Origin: Octopus sinensis
Taxonomy: Eukaryota
Assembly: GCF_006345805.1 (NCBI RefSeq)
Contig: NC_043016.1
Coordinates: forward strand, 25,668,001 to 25,732,000
DNA length: 64,000 nucleotides
Reading direction: 5' to 3'
Below the pieces are notes generated by a model, which was not told where the DNA came from, made no database searches, and was given only the letters and a program-made list of their open reading frames with translations. The position numbers and the translations under genes are program-made. This document shows positions 63,830-64,000 of the stretch, in pieces; position 1 is the stretch's first letter; the number at the start of each line of letters is the position of its first letter.

Positions 63830-64000
63830 TAGGGTGTGGTGAATAAACTGTTGTCTAAATTATGCAAAAATGAAAATAACACTAACATCTCATTTTACCA
63901 GATTTATGTATCAAAATTACATAAAAATGTTTTGAAATACTAATGAGTAAATTTATTCAATAAAATCGCAACTGTCTTCCACCACAGCTGCCAAACAACT
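63830..64000 (-). mobile_element. Tc1/mariner-family element end
   Basis: TAGGGTGT (cf. CAGGGTGT) terminus; minus strand SCLAAVVEDSCDFIE* resembles the RLEAVVEAxGxFIE* transposase C-terminus; runs off the window. Confidence 0.6.

Noticed and set aside
1-64000. CRISPR array, operon or other prokaryotic system
   Set aside because: No regularly spaced short repeats with unique spacers and no dense coding; the sequence is clearly metazoan and repeat-rich.

Overview
This is AT-rich, repeat-saturated animal DNA. The repeat repertoire resembles coleoid cephalopod genomes, most likely Octopus (inferred from recalled families, no database search). No long intact host ORF is present. Nearly all six-frame ORFs are microsatellite or repeat artefacts. 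The only protein-like ones are decayed LINE pieces (RTE-clade RT and C-termini, R4/Dong REL endonuclease) and Tc1/mariner C-termini. The repeats are at least four tRNA-headed SINE families, many RTE 3' tails ending in (ATG)n, TTAA-flanked MITEs, hAT MITEs, two non-autonomous Helitrons and Penelope-like (PLE) fragments. The window looks like intron sequence of a large gene, with a few candidate + strand microexons; two join in frame (42944-42986 and 52256-52283). The most unusual signal is a dispersed set of minimal type-I hammerhead-ribozyme motifs in unrelated PLE-like fragments. Their core 3:8 pair covaries (C-G, G-C, A-U). One pair of motifs sits on opposite arms of a ~276-bp foldback (63211-63486). 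Four further foldbacks are present. All coordinates were read by eye and repeat ends are approximate.
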